DNA of 64,000 nucleotides from Octopus vulgaris (lineage: Eukaryota): the NCBI GenBank assembly GCA_951406725.2, contig OX597840.1, positions 22,320,001 through 22,384,000 on the forward strand, read 5' to 3'. Numbering within the stretch: position 1 is the stretch's first letter; every line of letters starts with the position of its first letter. The notes under the pieces were generated by a model. The model did no database searches and was not told the DNA's origin. It saw only the letters and a program-made list of their open reading frames with translations. The position numbers and the translations under genes are program-made. Positions 51,249 to 64,000 of this stretch are shown one piece after another.

Positions 51249-51749
51249 TATCTTTTTTTGCCATTTTTTAAATTCCTCTTTCGTAGCTTTTAATGTTCCT
51301 TTTCTTCTCTGTTTGTAAAATAGGAATCCCGAAAATAAGTATCCCTGAAGTATAAATCCGTCCAGTTTTGTGAATCGATGAAGTATCTTTTGTGCGCTTC
51401 TTCACATGTCAAGTTGATCGATAGATCGACGCATGCATATATATATATGTATATTTAGACGTGTGTGTGTATATGTATGTGTGTTTGCGTATATAAAACT
51501 AGATAACGAAGAAAGAAATAGTGAATGTAATTGCAATAGGAGAAAAGAGAAAAAGCTCGGCAGATGGAGAGACGAAAAAAGTTACACACATATATAGAAT
51601 CAAAATAAGCAACAAGGATATCCAAAGGTATCCTTGTTGCTAATTTTGATTATAATCACCCCATTTGATTTATATGGATAAGACCATACCTAATTCTGGT
51701 GCCTTTAACTTAAGTACCATATTCATCTGAATCTAAATTTTGCTGAACT

Positions 51750-51781
<32 letters not shown>

Positions 51782-54604
51782 TATATATATGAGATAGAAA
51801 TAATGTAGGAGTATCGATTAGGATATGAAGCGGGTGAATAGATGGTGAATTAAAAGATGGATTGATAAGGATAGAGGTTTTAGAAGAGGAAAGAATTGGT
51901 GTAGCGAGACAGAAATGCCTTAAAGACATTTCTTCTTCCTTTATATTCTCGAGTTCAAATTTCGCTGAGGTCAACTTTGGGAGTCGAAGTAAATCGAGAA
52001 ACCGCTTTTCTCCTAAAAAAATGCCTAAATTAGAAGCAGTTATTGGCTGACCCCTAAACACCGGGTGTGCGTATTTCTTACTTTCGCCCTTTTATTATTT
52101 GTTGAGAATTTGGGAGTTATTCAGAAGTATTCAATTTCGTGCTAAAGTATTTTTACAAAACTTGCAAGCACTCGATCCTTGGAAAATTGCTCATGGAGCT
52201 TCTTGGTTTAAATACATGCATTCCGACCGTGACCATCCCAACAGCGGTAGTGTGGTTTGAGGGAACTTGGTTAATATTACTAGCAATTTTTGCATAAACG
52301 TGTGGTATAGATAGACCATTGGGTAGATAGACTGAAATAGTGTTATTGATGATAGACAAAGGATGTGTGAATATAACTACATAAATGTATGTATGTATAT
52401 GTGTAAGATATATGTGCCTGTATATAAATTGAGGGGTGTCTATTTTTGAGATGTCTAAATAGACAAGACACAGTGAGGGTGAAAGTGTTATTGATAGAAT
52501 GCCGGATATATAGACAAAGGGTGAGACAGTTGTATGTATAGATAGATAGGTTAGGGAGAGAGGATATGCGAAAGTTTCTATAAAAAGAATCCAACCCGTC
52601 TAGTTGTCTTTTCTTTCAGATGTGTAATGTCGAGCGTGTATAAATGCATGTGAAATTCATTAATCCTTAGGTCTCAACTTTCTCTCTAATCTTGTCTGAT
52701 CGACAACAACTAAAATCCAGTTTCTGTTTCGCTCATCCTTGAATATGTTGAAAGGCATTCCATCCGTGACTGCCCTGTCTTAGCAGATTGGACTGCGATA
52801 TGCCATGTAATCTGTATTCTACGGTAGGTTAAAGTATATACACACATAAATTAATTTGAAAAGCTGTAGATAAAACAACTTATAAAATCACTGTATTACC
52901 GAAAAATTATAATCAATATTTATTTTTTGAATATAAAAATAAAGGCGGAAGAGTACCATACGCACCCGTCCCCTTTTTCGATTAAAAAAAATGTAGGCAG
53001 AGGTACGTGTATGGTACACCTCTGCTGACGTATGTGTGCGCGTGTATGTATATCTATATACACACACACACATTCATACACGCTTTTTATTACTAATTGA
53101 CAAAAATTACATAGACTTGCAGGGCTGAGAGTTTCGGGTGGGGTACATACATTTATAAAGCGGTAGTTATATATATAAGGTACAGGCTTGACTGTGTGGT
53201 AAGTAGCTTGCTTCCCAATCATATGGTTCAGGGTTCAGTCCCACTGCGTGGCACCTTGGGCAAATGTCTTCTACTATAGCCTCGGGTCGACCAAAATGTG
53301 AGTGGATTTGGTAGACGGAAACTGAAAGAAGCCCGTCATATAATGTGTGTGTGTATATACATACATATATATACACATATATATATATATATATATATAT
53401 TTGTGTGTGTATGTCCGTCCCCCACCATCGCTTGACGTTTATGTACCCGTAACTTCGCGGTTCGGCAAAAGGCAGTCGCGTAAGAATGGCCATTGTAAAC
53501 GGCCAACACTAGAAGTGCCCCAGCATATCCAGAACCTTTAGGCTGAAACTAATACAAGCACACGCACATACACGGGGTATCGATGTTTGTTGGTAGCGGT
53601 TGAGACGAACCGTTAAGAATAAGTCCTGGGGGTCTATTTCTTCGACTAAAAGGCGGTACTCCAGCATGGCCGCAGTCAAATGTCTGAAGCAAATCATAGT
53701 AAAAGAGAATATATATATTTAGAGAGAGAGAAAGAGTTGCTGTGTCAACCCTAATTGAAGCTAACCTTATAATCGAAGACATTCCAGCTGTGACCATCCC
53801 AACTTTTTTTTTTAGATTTCTTTATGTATGTTATATAATGGAGGTTCGGCTGCTATATCTAGCAAAGCTGATGTTTCACTTTGCTATTTTTCGATATTTT
53901 TTCGGTGGGGCTGTAGGGACATCCCGATCATTTATGATAAAAGACCTAGCTGTGACCATTCTGTTTTTTATTCAGATTTAAGATTAGATTAACCAGTGTG
54001 TCCTTCATTTTTAGACGGTTGGATGCTATTCGAAGATTTTGCTGCTATTTCTAGCAAACTGTGCGACCACACAAAGGATCACTCGTTGATTCGTGCTGAA
54101 TTTGGCAGATAAAAGAGATTGATATACAAAAAGATGGAAATAGACTGTTTTAGAGCAAGTCTATATATATATTGTATGTAGAGATAGGTGTGTGTGTGTA
54201 TATATAATTATGAGGGAGACAGTGGGGTAGGTTGCTAGGTAAAATATGTAAAGTAGAGAGGGGATAGGTGAGCGGATGAGAAGGTGAAACAGAATGTTGA
54301 GAAGAATTAGATGAAATGGATAGCGGTTAGCCAACTTACGTAAGTGTTCTTGATCAACTTACGTAAGTGTTCTTGATCAAACATATACGAAGTCTGGAAG
54401 TTAAGGTTGCCTGAAAAGCGTGTGTCGTGTGTGTGTGAAGTACTTATAACATGGTATTGTTCCAAACGAACTGTTTTCGGTTATAAAGCTATTCACTTTG
54501 TCCAAAAGAAATGTATTTGTCGTGATTATTTATATATTTATATACACACACGTATAAGTTTCTTTCCTCCGTGTGTGCATATATATATGTATATATATAT
54601 ATAT

Positions 54605-55003
54605 GGATCTTTTCGGTTTGAACGGCAGTTTTTTCTAGCGGTGTCATGAAATTATCACCCATAATTATGACCCTAGTATCGATCTATTGCATTTCAATCT
54701 ATTTTAGGGTTAGGGGTGAGAGGAAGGGTATCTTTTTTTCTTCAGAAATATAAATAAACCCAATCTATTTCTTAAAACGAGGGACATATTCATACGGCAC
54801 AGAATGTTTTCACCTCAATAGACGTCATTGATTGGTTGAAATTGCAGAAAAAACAACAAATATCTTACAAACTATAGAATTTTCTCAATAAAGCCAAGAG
54901 AAAAAGATGTTTTATAAACACATTCTACCAGTATACGAAGTTTAAAAGTGTTTAGTTACGTGGAAATTATTTTAAAAAACTGCCGTTCAAACCGAAAAGA
55001 TCT
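54605..55003. mobile_element. Young MITE of about 400 bp with 30-bp TIRs, inserted in (TA)n
   Basis: ggatcttttcggtttgaacggcagtttttt / aaaaaactgccgttcaaaccgaaaagatct (29 of 30); internal TTAGGGTTAGGG. Confidence 0.9.
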
Positions 55004-58000
55004 ACATATATATATATATATACACACACACACAGATATACATTCAATACCTTGCCAAAACATGAGGGGTCTACATGGAGTAGAGGTGAATGTTTTCCAA
55101 GAAACACCTCGACCTCCTGCTGTCCAAGGTCCCAGATGAATCCACATCAAGAAACTCGAAAGAGGGCAGCAATATTGAACTCTCTCCATCACCAAAAGGC
55201 AATCGCGTAAGAATGGCCATTGTAAAGGTGATCACACTGGCAATGCCCCAGCATATCCTTTAGGCTGAAACTAATAAAAGCATACACACACACACACACA
55301 CACATATACACGGTGTATCGATGTTTGGTTGGTAGCGGTTGAGACGAACTAAATTTATTTGTGAGTTAATTATTTGGTGGATCGATAGACGAGATTTTTC
55401 AGGACTAATGTTTGCTGGTTGCTTGTAGGTCTGCTTCACGTTTTCCACCCATCGGTCTGTCTCTCTTTCTCGCACACAAATACACATATCATACTTTCTT
55501 TCAATGTTAATCAACTGATTGATCTGGTTAAAAATTAATAATTACGAGGCAGCTGCTTTCCACTTTCTCAAAGGCATTAAGCCATTTCATTTGCCATTAA
55601 TGACCTTGAGGAAAATAATATTCTATATTCATTTACCTCCATTCACTTAACAATTTGTTCTCACCATTTTAAGTGTAAAGAACCCAGACTCTGCAAGTCT
55701 CAACTTGTTCATCCAGCTTTTTTCATTCAATTTATTTCGGCAAATTCAGGAAGACAATATTTAAGGGTTGCTACCGTAAATAAATGGCTATGTGCTTAGT
55801 TAAGTGCATTTCGTAATCACGTGGCTTGCTTCTAAATTTGATCTCATTACGCGGGAATATCCCTTTTCTACATTATCGAAGGCACTGGTAACAAGCATTA
55901 TCTAAGGGCGAAATTTGGTTTAGCTCCAGGTCATTCTAACTGAGCATGCCTATAATCAAAGGCTTCTTTCTTTTTAAAGAGTGGTTGAATGTGATTTAGG
56001 GCAGTTTGGCTTCTATTTCTAACAGGATGAACGACCGTCTCGTTGGCATTTTTGTTGTTGGTAAAGGCGTGGCTGGTTTAGCAGATGAATTCTTCACTCG
56101 ATCTAACACCATCTTCTGGCTCCAGTATGAGGAATGAGATTTGTCTGAGGAAACTCGGAGCATTCGCAAAGGTCACGGGTACCTTCCCGCCATAGTATCT
56201 GTGATGTTCTTTGTAGCTGTGCTTCCTCTCTCTTGATTTCTTAGTTTCCTTCATTGATTACTATGAATTTATAAACAGCGAATAGGCTGCTGCTTTCTTC
56301 TTATTTATATCTATATTTGCATGTGTACTGGAAGAAATAAACCTCGTGCTTTGCTTATCTAAAGTTACGTCAGTTGTCACTATTGCAGGTAATACTGTTA
56401 AATTAAGTGGACTAACTAATCAATGAATTGATCCATGAAGTTAGTGGATTAATTTAATGTAGTTAATGCTGAAATACCGGTGAGAAAATAGCTTCCTCTT
56501 TGCCTGTTAAGTTAGCTTACTTTCATCTTATATTTTGCCTGTTAAGTTAGCTAACTTTCTCCCACCCACGCTTAACATTTTACTCTCTCTCTCTCTATGC
56601 ATTATTTCTTCCATTTTTACATACTTTTCCCCTTTTCCTTGTCTCTTCCCCTTCCTCACGTCTCCTTTGCTCTATTATAGTCACCACAGTGCTATATATT
56701 ACTCTTTTGTACGGATGTAATATATAATTGTAGATGCACACACACACACATATTGGCTATAATGAACAAAAAAGTACTCTCTCTCTTCCTCTAAGTATGT
56801 TAAGTAATAATTTAATGACCTTAGGAAACGTTCGAAGACAGGAAGATTACGTGTAGACTCGGTCTGTGTGCGTGTGTGTATGTTGTCTGAATTTCACCTT
56901 CCTCTTGCAAAGATATTCAACTTCGGTGGCGGGATTTGTAGGAGTGAATTAAATGGACTGGTGATAATGTATCAAGGCAGTACTCTACATTCTCTTTTCG
57001 TACACACGGAGGCGGTACTCCACTTTTTATTCGTGAGTGTGTGTGCACTCACATAGCATACATACATCTACATATACTTTACCTATATTTAAACCTCACT
57101 CTAGACTGAATGTGTATATAAATAAATGTCTAGTATATATATGTCAGTAAAAATCGTCGGGCTGGTTCTACACCACGTGTGTGTGTGTGTGTAGCCTACA
57201 GAATTATTCTGTGCATATTACTCTTTTAAAACACGCAGCTCTTACGGACGTGTGAATGCTAAATTTGTATATACCCATGGTGCGTATGTGTGTGTACTTT
57301 ATGCAGATGTTTATAAATGGATACGTTTATGCCTATATGTGTATCCACATACACAAGGTACTCAGCGATTTTAATCGCACACTAGTATGGAAATACTGAC
57401 ACTGGTAATTTCTATACAAATAAGTAGCCCACCCCTCTTTTTCTTTGGATTCCTGTTTTCGACAGGGAAGGTTCCAAATTTAGAATGTTATTTAGATTTT
57501 AACGTTTTTACGAGAAAAAGAAAAAAAAGTTTTGAGTTTCTGGTTAGCTAATCCTATCGACAAGGAATTAGGAAGATTTAAGAAAAAAAAAAAATCCCTG
57601 TTTTGTACAACAGCGCAAGAAAGGCTGAGAGATAAGAAGTTCGCTTCCCAAGCACATGGTTCCAGATTCAGTGTCACTGCGTGGCATATTGGACTTCTAT
57701 AATCTCGAGCTGACCAAAGCCTCGTAAATGGATTTGGTAGAAAGAAACTGATACAAGTCTTAGCGGAGGTAAAGAATACGTACACCACCCGTTTTCGGCG
57801 TAATAAAAATCCTAAACACCGGGTGTACGTATACTTTACTTTTGTCCAAGTTTTGTGCATGTATATATTATATGTCACATATTTGTCCCTCCTCCCCAGA
57901 TTCTTCAATTGGGGGTGGGGATGGAAATAAAAATTTTTAAATGCCGTTTTCTTTTCTTTTTTTTTTTTTTGTAGAATCAGAATCTCCATACTCGAAAATG

Positions 58001-59149
58001 GGGAATTCTGTTAAAAAAAAAAAAAAGAATGAAAGGGGGTGTGGTCCACGTTCTTTACGTCCGCCTTTGCTACCTGTCAGTGGATGTTGATTTTTTTTTA
58101 ATGTCACCTGCTTACGATAATTTTTCACATGATTATAAAACAAAAGAGTACCAATTACATTATTGCCTCTTGTAACTGTGTGTGTGTGTATTTTTATATG
58201 GTGGTGAGCTGGCAGAATTGTTGGTATGCTGGGCGAAATTCTTAGCAGTATTTCGTTCAGTCATATGTTCTGAGTTCAAATTCTGATGAGGCCATCTTTC
58301 ATCCTGTAGGGGTCGATGTAATCGACTTAACTCTTGCTTGCTAAGAGTATAGAAAACTACATCCCTTTTTCGAGCTATGTTGAACCAGTGTAGTGGACTA
58401 GGCTTATCAGACCAGTATGATCTCAAGCTGAAATTCATGGCCTCTGTATCAGTTTACTCTTGGTGGAGAGAACTTTGTCTTGCAGATCTTGCACTGATTG
58501 TGACTCTAAAAAGATAAGAACCCCGCCCCCAAGTCATGAATGACCATGGGATTACACCTAGAAAGTTCCCTTCTGAGGCACAAGTTTGGGTGAGGTTGTC
58601 TATGGAAGACCTGCAGTCGCCCATGCATACCGGCCTCCCTTCTCCACGCCACCAATGTTATCCAAGGGAAGAAAGGCTGATACAGCTTGGCACCAGTGAT
58701 GTTGCAACTTGTAGCTGAGTAGAACTGGAGTAGCATGAAATAAAGTGTCTTGCTCAAGAACAACACCCAGCCTTGTCTGGGAATCAAACTCACTACCTCA
58801 TGATTGCGAGCCTGATGCTCTTTCCAGAGCCATGTGACTCTAGGATTACAATATTCCCAGGTCCTGAGCATTCTGACTGCATTGCACTTGTGGGTTGATA
58901 GTAGAACACTTGAAACCTTTCAATATTGAACTGCAAGTTGTTTTTTTCAACTTCACCTGTATATTTTGTTCAGGCCTTTCTTGCAGTTTTGAGTTATCAT
59001 CAAAGTCTTTGACTGCCTACAATACTTACCCCTCAGTCATACATTCATGCACACAATCACTGGCATAGCTTGTGAGTGTAGCTGAATATATGATTGAGGG
59101 CATGTCTGAGAGTGCCACCACAAACTGTAGAAACCCAGAACAGTACCGA

Positions 59150-59330
59150 GAGAGAGAGCACTATTGGTTGCCACTGTTTGGCACCGACATTTTCATATGT
59201 CATCCTAATTTTCCAACAATGCTGAGGTCAAGCAGCTTTTGACATTCCATGATCAACTTTTATCAAAAGCCTTGGGCAAGTCAAGAGATATCACATTCAC
59301 ATTTAAATGAGTGAACTGTTATTTTAGCAT
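59150..59330 (-). mobile_element. CR1/L2/Jockey-like RT relic
   Basis: Minus strand VISLDLPKAFDK near 59258-59296. Confidence 0.5.
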
Positions 59331-59741
59331 TGGGTTGTAATGCTATCGAAGGATTAGAGAGAGAGAGAGAGAGTGTGCGACATCTTTTACTTGTTTCAGT
59401 CATTAGACTGGGTGTTGCTGAGGCAGCAGCTTCAAGAAGTTTTAGTACTTTTTTTTCAACCCTGGTACCTATTCTATCAGTCTCTTTTGCCAAACTGCTA
59501 AGTTATGGGGAACAAACCCAAATATAAAGGTACACACGTGTGTGTGTGTATATACGATGGGCTTCTTTCAGTTTTGTCTACAAATCCACCCACAAGGCTT
59601 TGGTCAACCCAAAACTATAGTAGAAGACAAATATATGAGTAATTATTTGGACTTTTGGTATATGTCTATTAGTACGCTGATTAAAGCACATTCACCTCAT
59701 ACACACATATATACACAGACACATCTATGTATACACACACA

Positions 59742-60587
59742 CATGTCTCATCAATAAGGATCCGGACCATTGCCATAGTAATGAAGTTAAAGCATGCAGA
59801 GTGAAGCCGCTTGGCACAGATTGACCTTGAACTCTGCTGTGCACCAAGTTTAAACATTCTAGCCCATTTCCGCTGTTTACAGCATTGCTTGGAAGGAAGG
59901 TGTGTAGTGTGTGATCGTTGCATTCACCATCTCAGAAAAAGTTGAGTTGAGAATCTGCATCAAATTTTGCCAAAAGCCTGACTCAGAGGCCTACACAAAG
60001 TTTTCATCATTCTCAACACAATCAAGGAGATCTTGTGCTACCAAAACCTGATTGTCTTTTCGGTCAGCTGAGAGTAGATTTGGCAGACACATGTCTCATA
60101 CCCAAATCTTCAGTGATAATAGACTGAACTGAACCATAACTAATCTGCACATCCTCTGATAATTCATGGACGGTGATTTGACAATTTCCCCTCACAGCCA
60201 CACACATCTGCGATGTTTTTCTCAGTTCTGCAGATTGTGTGTCTCCCAAAACGTTTGTCAATATCAACATTTTTTCAGCTATCTTGGAAACCTCTCAATC
60301 ACTCGTACACTTGTGAGCAGCTCATACACTCCTCTCCATGCACTTTCTGCAACTTTGCGTAGGCCTCTGAGCAGGTATTGCCATGACAATGTTCTCTGCC
60401 ATGGTCAATGCGATGATCACACACTACACACCTCCCTTCCAAGCACTGCTGTAAACAGCAGAAGTAAGCTAGAACATTAAAACTTACTGTGCATGCACAG
60501 CAGAGTTCTTTGCCAAGTGGTTTCACTCTGATTGTTTTAACTTTATCACTATGGCAACAGTCCGGATATTTATTGATCAGATCTCAT
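59742..60587. mobile_element. Mariner-derived fold-back element made of two inward-facing 5' ends
   Basis: atcaataaggatccggaccattgccatag / ctatggcaacagtccggatatttattgat; both arms continue into gctgtttacagca..gtgtagtgtgtgatc..ctcagaggcctac; minus-strand HTH remnant ITVHELSEDVQISYGSVQSIITEDLGMRHVSAK. Confidence 0.85.
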
Positions 60588-60608
60588 ACATACATATATA
60601 CGCACATA

Positions 60609-61140
60609 TTGTGTCGTCCCATAAGTAATGCAATTTTTTTATACTTCTTATATTTTTCAAAATTAAGATAAAGTTCTTTTTTAATCTAATATCTACTCTC
60701 CTCCATTTTCTACCATGCTATTCCATCTAGCTGGTCAACTTGCAAGGCCCCTCTTCTAAAATTCTCTTGTCTGTGATGAAAAATACTCCTCCAGTACTCT
60801 TCTGACCTCATCTACAGAATTTATATTTTTTCCGTCCTAATGATTTTGAAGATTACGCAATAAAAGATAATCAGATGGGGCAATGTCTGGTGAATATGGT
60901 GGGTGGAGCATTGTTTCCTATTGAAACTGCTCCAGCCTTTCAAATGTCATCCTCGCTGTGTGTGGTCGAGCATTATCCTGATGGAAGAACACCTTTTGTC
61001 TTGAAATGAAAGATGGTTGTTTTTCTTCTGCTGTTGACTTAAGTTACTCAAGCTGTTCGCAGTAGATCTCCTTTGTTATTGCTTAGTTTCAGTTTAAAAG
61101 TTCAAAGTGGACTATGCCTTTCATATCCCACCAAACCGAT
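60609..61140 (-). mobile_element. Decayed mariner 3' half
   Basis: Minus strand FHQDNARPH (about 60960-60988) and HPPYSPDIAPSDY (about 60868-60907); TIR-like tattgtgtcgtcccataagtaatgc. Confidence 0.85.
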
Positions 61141-61739
61141 ATATACCTCCCGCCACATATACACACATGTACGGACATGAAGCCAATCTACAGTTATCCC
61201 TCACAGTGACACCTTTATCAACCCTTAACGGCTTCCTAGGCCACCTGTACCCAGTACTATCACACTTAACCGCTAAGCTCAACTCTTCCTAACCTTTCAT
61301 TACTTTTTCTTCTATAGAGTATTTTACAATCAAGTCACCAGGTTTCACTATAGGAACCAAGATGCACCTCATTTATGCAAACCTGTGATTGTAGGATCAA
61401 GTCTTTACTCAATTCACAGAACCCATCTCTGATCTGGACAGTCATTAGATTGATGACCAAGTCAGTGCTACTGTGTTTACCAGACAATAACTCAATGGGC
61501 TCATCTCTTTCATTTAATTCTTATCTCACCTTAGAATTTACTTGTATGTTATCTGACACCTTCATTACTTGATATTTCCATCATCATTAACAATATCCAC
61601 CTGTTCACCTCCTTCCATTCATTACAAGCCTACTGATTTCCATTCTTATCTCTACAACTTTTTCTCATCCAGAACATTATATTTGCCATATGCTTCTCAG
61701 ACGCCCCTCCCCCTTCACCTATTCCAATGAGCAAAACAG

Positions 61740-63130
61740 ATATTCCTACCTGAATTAAGAGTATCCCTGATCAACTGGTTGCCGACACTACACCATCACC
61801 TTAATGATTTCACCTACCCTCTATAGGTGTTCCATCTCAGTCACGATGATGGTGATGTCGTCTGCGTATGCCGAAACTGATCCTCCACAACCTGACTCCC
61901 TCGGGATGCTGCTCAACTTTCTCAGTAACTGCTCAAGAGCCATCACATACAAAAATGGTAAGAGTGGACATCCTTGGCGAACCGAATGTTTGATGCAGAA
62001 CAGCTTTGAAAGAAAACCGTTCACCTGAACGATTAAGTTGATGTCATACAATTGAATGATCCACCCAAGGACACCAAAACCCAGTCCGAACTGCGCAAGA
62101 ACAGACACCAGGTAATGATGGTCAACCCTATCGAATGCTTTAGCTTGGTCTAAATGGACCAGTGCCCCACCCATGCCAGATTTACCATCAGATCCCTCTA
62201 AGGTGTAACGTAGAAAGTGGAGATTATCCTGGATGCTTCTGCCAGGAACGGCACATGTCTGTGCCTTTCTGATCTGACCATCTGCAACACACACCAGCCT
62301 TTTTGCTAATACCTTGGCCAAAATCTTCAACTCTGTGTTTAGCAGATTGATGGGCCTAAAATTATCTATGCTATCCCCCTTGTCCGAGTCCTTTCTGACC
62401 AGTGTCACCACTCCTTGGCACACAGATCTGGGAATAATGCCATTCTACTGCCAGTTCGTGTAAACACTAGCCAGTAGATGCCCAAAAAAGTCTAGCATAC
62501 TCTTATACAATTCGTAAGGCAGACCATCAAAACCTAGCACCTTACCAATGCCGCAGTCTGCTATAACCTCTATTACTTCTTCAGGTGTGATTGACCCTTC
62601 ACAGCACCCTAAGAGGAAGTCCGAAAGGTCAAACCCACTATCTGGTCCATTGCTCCCCCGAAAAGCCTTACACATCTCCTCGGGTTCGTTTATCAACTCA
62701 CCTTGTAGGTTCACCAAAGATCGAACTGTAGAATCATTTCTACGTTCGTTTTCCACCACTCGGACCCATCCAGCAGCCTTGATCCCCTCACAACCCACTG
62801 CACGAAGTCTAGCTCTGACAATGCACCCCGTGTGTTTGGCTTCAAGGTGCTGGTTTAATTTCAGTCTCTTCACCTGGGATGCAGAGCCAGTTCCCATTGC
62901 TTCCTCTGGGGCCTTAACTAATTCTAGTTCTCTCCTAGACTCTCTAGCCATTAAACCAATGCTATATCAAATAGTCTCAAATTTAATGGCTCGTTTGAGG
63001 GTGGACCACCATCTGTTTATAAGGGTTCCAATCAATGCCCTCTGGATTCACATCTTAATCCCGTCCCTGTACACTTCAATCACCAAAAGGGATGTATTGA
63101 GTTTCCGGTAGCTGGAACCTTGACTATATA
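61740..63130 (-). mobile_element. Tx1/L1-clade LINE ORF2 reverse-transcriptase fragment, disrupted
   Basis: GFDGLPYELY, NFRPINLLNTELKILAKVLAKRL, QTCAVPGRSIQDN, LDQAKAFDRVDH, VRQGCPL, AYADDI; internal stop at 62445 and deletions. Confidence 0.95.
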
Positions 63131-63222
63131 GCCTTATCTGTGTTCAGCTTACAGGTAACTAGCTTGTGATCACTAGACCCGGAAAACCCATCGCATCTTG
63201 ACCATGTCGACAATGGAATGTT

Positions 63223-64000
63223 ATGGTATTTCATTACGCAACCAAAATATACTATAAAGTATATTAAATGTAATTATTATGTTAGGATTATTTCTACAGA
63301 AATCCTAGCCAGGACTGATTTTTTGCTGCATTTCATATGAAGACATCAGATGTAAACAATGAGATCGAAGACAAACACGTGTAATGAGTGTCTATGCCAT
63401 AGTTCAGTTCTTGCCCCTTCATCAGCACCTCTGTATGTGGTGGCTATATAAGCAATGTGTTTGAAGGCAAGAGTGGGTTACGTGGGTGCTGATGAAGGGG
63501 CATAAAAATTTTTGCCTTCAATTTCATTGTTTGTTTACATCTGATGTCTTCACATGAAATGCAGCAAAAAACCGGGGCTGGCTAGGATTTCTGTAAAAAT
63601 AATCCTAACATAATAATAACATTTAATATACTTTATAGTATATTTTGGTTGCGTAATGAAATACCATGTACCTGAGCTGGCAGCATCATTAGCAAGCCAG
63701 GTGAAATGCTTAGCAGTATTTTGTCTGCCGTTATGTTCTGAGTTCAAATTCTGCTGAGGTCGACTTTGCTTTTCATCCTTTCAGGGTTGATTAAATAAGT
63801 ACCAGTTACGCACTGAAATTGATCTAATCGACTTAATCCTTTTGCTTGTCCCCTCTATGATTAATCCTCTGTGGGCAATAAAGAAATAAATGTTTACATA
63901 CCAGCTCCAGGAATGCATTTAATATGTAAATTGGTACATCCAATAACTTTACACTGCTGTATGCAGTGGCTATATAAGCAATGTGTTTGGAGGCAAGACT
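63223..64000. repeat. Inverted plus direct repeat arrangement resembling a Penelope pseudo-LTR, interrupted by a SINE A copy at about 63670-63890
   Basis: Arms 63223-63358 and about 63530-63667; inner arms 63412-63429 and 63485-63502 carry CTGATGA; 63431-63474 recurs at about 63957-64000. Confidence 0.65.

Noticed and set aside
56084-56194. Possible exon or short ORF MNSSLDLTPSSGSSMRNEICLRKLGAFAK in unique sequence
   Set aside because: Weak acceptor and donor, no recognisable homology.
1-64000. CRISPR array or prokaryotic operon-like system
   Set aside because: Spliceosomal gene and animal transposons only; no regularly spaced repeat-spacer array.

Overview
Eukaryotic, AT-rich and repeat-dense DNA, most likely an Octopus (coleoid cephalopod) genome, judged from recalled resemblance of its tRNA-derived SINE families. 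One clear protein-coding gene is present: N-myristoyltransferase (NMT) on the + strand. It has 11 coding exons between 4133 and 27338 (1257 nt, 418 aa visible, ending VGLVLQ*), all introns GT-AG and phase-consistent; the N-terminal exon(s) probably lie upstream of the window. The rest is mostly SINEs, MITEs, decayed mariner and hAT transposons, LINE relics (Tx1/L1, RTE, CR1-like) and microsatellites. Most interesting: (1) several minimal hammerhead-ribozyme motifs of the Penelope/retrozyme type, one with a complete catalytic core at 47203-47276; (2) next to it an intact 95-aa Myb/SANT(trihelix)-like ORF on the opposite strand; (3) many long inverted repeats in and after NMT that are candidate ADAR substrates; (4) an apparent extra NMT intron relative to human that shares sequence with another intron of the gene; (5) a CpG-retaining domain at about 48.7-58 kb with a candidate promoter and first exon. 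All family calls come from motif recognition by eye; no database search was run.
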